From NCBI GenBank assembly GCA_964106645.2, contig OZ067042.1: a stretch of DNA of 64,000 nucleotides. One strand, written 5' to 3'. Shown in pieces: positions 62,120 through 64,000 of the stretch. Each line of letters starts with the position of its first letter. Within the stretch, counting starts at the first letter, position 1. The stretch comes from Podarcis pityusensis (lineage: Eukaryota). The notes beneath the pieces are model-generated. The model was not told the origin of the DNA and ran no database searches. It saw only the letters and a program-made list of their open reading frames with translations. The position numbers and the translations under genes are program-made.

Positions 62120-63387
62120 TATATAAATTCAATAAATAATAATATTAATAATAATAATTCCGTTTTCAAAAGTTTACATACTTTACAATTAACAATACCT
62201 TTAATTTTTCCATTGATTCCCCACCCCCACAGTATTCTACATTTATCCTTTAATGCTGCATTTTGTAACTTATAATACTCTATATGCACATCCTACATGA
62301 TTAGCCTTATAATTATCCGTCTGTCTTTCTACTGGTTGCTCATATTTCCAATCCCGCTTGTGTTTTCATGCAATTATAATAGTTCTTTAGCTATTCTACA
62401 AAAGGTTGTTTTAATCATCATCATCATCATCATGAGCATCATCATCACAGGAACAGTCATTTGTTAAGACTGCTAGGAATTGTAGCTCTGTGAACGGCAA
62501 AGTGCAATTTCCATGATTCTTTGGTGGGAGCTGCGCATTTGCAGCCTTGCATGCCACAAGAAACTGCCCCGGGGGAACTGCTCACAGACCATCGTGTGTG
62601 TATTCCTTGCCCACCCCCCAAGAGTTGGGAGCACTGCATGAAAGAGGGTCCCCCGCACCCCATCTCACTCTCTCCTTTGACAAACAGGTTCATTGGCAGC
62701 CCTTTGCATTGTTTCCAGAACCTCCCAAACCTGTCTGACAGCGAGACCACAAAGAGAGGTGTGCGCACACACACACAATGGAGAAGGGGGGCAGGCGGTG
62801 GTGGAATGACACTTTTGCACAACTTTCGGTGCTCTTCAACCATTGTCTCCAGCCCCACATGACGTCAACCCCCCGGGAGTGCTTCTGCCCCAACTGCAGC
62901 TCCACCCCAAAGCTCAGCCGTAGCCAGAGGGTGTCAGGGGTCATGGTGCAGGAGAGCCAGCCTCTCTGTGTGCTTTGCACTATTCCCAGAAAGCGGGTTT
63001 GGGGAGGGGAAGGAAGGCACGGGCTCCTAAACTCTGCATTAGCGCTAATTAAGGGCTTTGCTGTCACTGGGGCTTCCTCACACGCCTGTCTCCCTGACAC
63101 TTTTACTGCTTGTGGAAACGGAGTCTCGGGGCCTTTGATGAACTCTGCTGCAAAGCTGAAAGGCATCTGCGTCTCTCCGCGCGAGAGGCCTCGGCGATGC
63201 TCTGCTGGCAATGGAAAGCAAAACGGCCCATTTGCAAGGGGTGGGGGAGGCAAGCAAAGCAATAAATCAGACTTAGGAAGTGCCAGTTGCTTGTGGGGCA
63301 GACGAAAGACAGGACGGGCACTTCCTCCTGATAGGAAACATAGCTCAGAGCTTTCCTGACCTACAGCTTCCCATGCAGAAGAGCCAT

Positions 63388-63800
63388 TCATAAGAAGAGG
63401 AGATGGGTCTGGCTGCTGGAACAGGCTAGAGGGCCCGTCTGGACGAGCATCCTGCTCTCACTGTAGCCAGGCAGAAGCCCCTGGGAAGCTTGCAAGCAGG
63501 ATCTGAGCATGACAACACTCCCCACACCTGTGATTCCCAGGAAATAGTATATAGAGGCATGTTGCCTCTTGACAGTGGAGGTAGCAGCTAGCCACCATGG
63601 GTCATAGCCAAGCCAGAGATAGCCTTGTGCTCCACAAACATGTCCGCTCCCCCTTTAGAGCCATCCAGTTTGATGACTGTCTCAGTAGCTTGTGGCAGCA
63701 GAATTCCATAAGAATGTAAGGAGAGCCAAAGCCCTGTCTCTCACCCAGCATCCTGTTCCCACAGTGGATGCCCCTGGAAAGTATACAAGCAGGACTTGAC
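63388..63800 (-). mobile_element. Old CR1-type 3' fragments (two adjacent copies)
   Basis: CATAAGAAGAG..GCTGCTGGA..CAGCATCCTG(C/T)TC(T/C)CAC motifs. Confidence 0.65.
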
Positions 63801-63859
63801 ATCGGGAGCCGGAGTCAAAAGAAAAACAACAGAGCACCTGATGTCAGTGAAGTTAACTC

Positions 63860-64000
63860 AGAGCCAGCGTGGTGTAGTGGTTAAGAGAGGTGGACTTATA
63901 ATCTGGTGAACCAGGTTTGCGTCTCCGCTCCTCCACATGCAGCTGCTGGGTGACCTTGGGCTAGTCACACTTCTCTGAAGTATCTCAGCCCCACTCACCT
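63860..64000 (+). mobile_element. Young tRNA-derived SINE (Squam3-like), cut by the window end
   Basis: AGAGCCAGCGTGGTGTAGTGGTTAAGAG..CCAGGTTTGCGTCTCCGCTCCTCCACATGCAGCTGCTGGGTGACCTTGGGCTAGTCAC. Confidence 0.8.

Noticed and set aside
62690-63391. Overlapping 233-aa and 193-aa ORFs
   Set aside because: No protein similarity; better explained as a non-coding motif-rich block.

Overview
Vertebrate genomic DNA from a squamate reptile, most likely a lacertid lizard (Podarcis/Lacerta/Zootoca-type Sauria SINEs, Bov-B, squamate L1/CR1/L2/RTE, many MITEs). The only host coding sequence I can support is the first coding exon of EPHB3 on the minus strand (34818-34905). It encodes the signal peptide MAAARPGAPQPLLPVVLLLLLPGGCRALE and ends in a phase-1 GTGAG donor, inside a CpG-island promoter (~34.7-36.25 kb). 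Positions 1-34817 are EPHB3 intron 1 (exon 2 not found), and ~36.3-64 kb is TE-rich upstream sequence with several cleanly resolvable nested insertions. The other ORFs in the track are TE fragments or GC-rich noise. I found no clearly new protein-coding system. Best leads: (i) an AUG-free leader of ~850 nt that stays open in frame with EPHB3; (ii) several different Pol III heads (tRNA-Ile, tRNA-Lys, possibly tRNA-Asn and 5S) joined to one CR1 3' tail; (iii) an RTE LINE and a bipartite non-autonomous partner sharing a 3' end; (iv) MITEs carrying pre-miRNA-like hairpins; (v) candidate enhancers. TE family names come from my recognition of consensus sequences, not from a database search.
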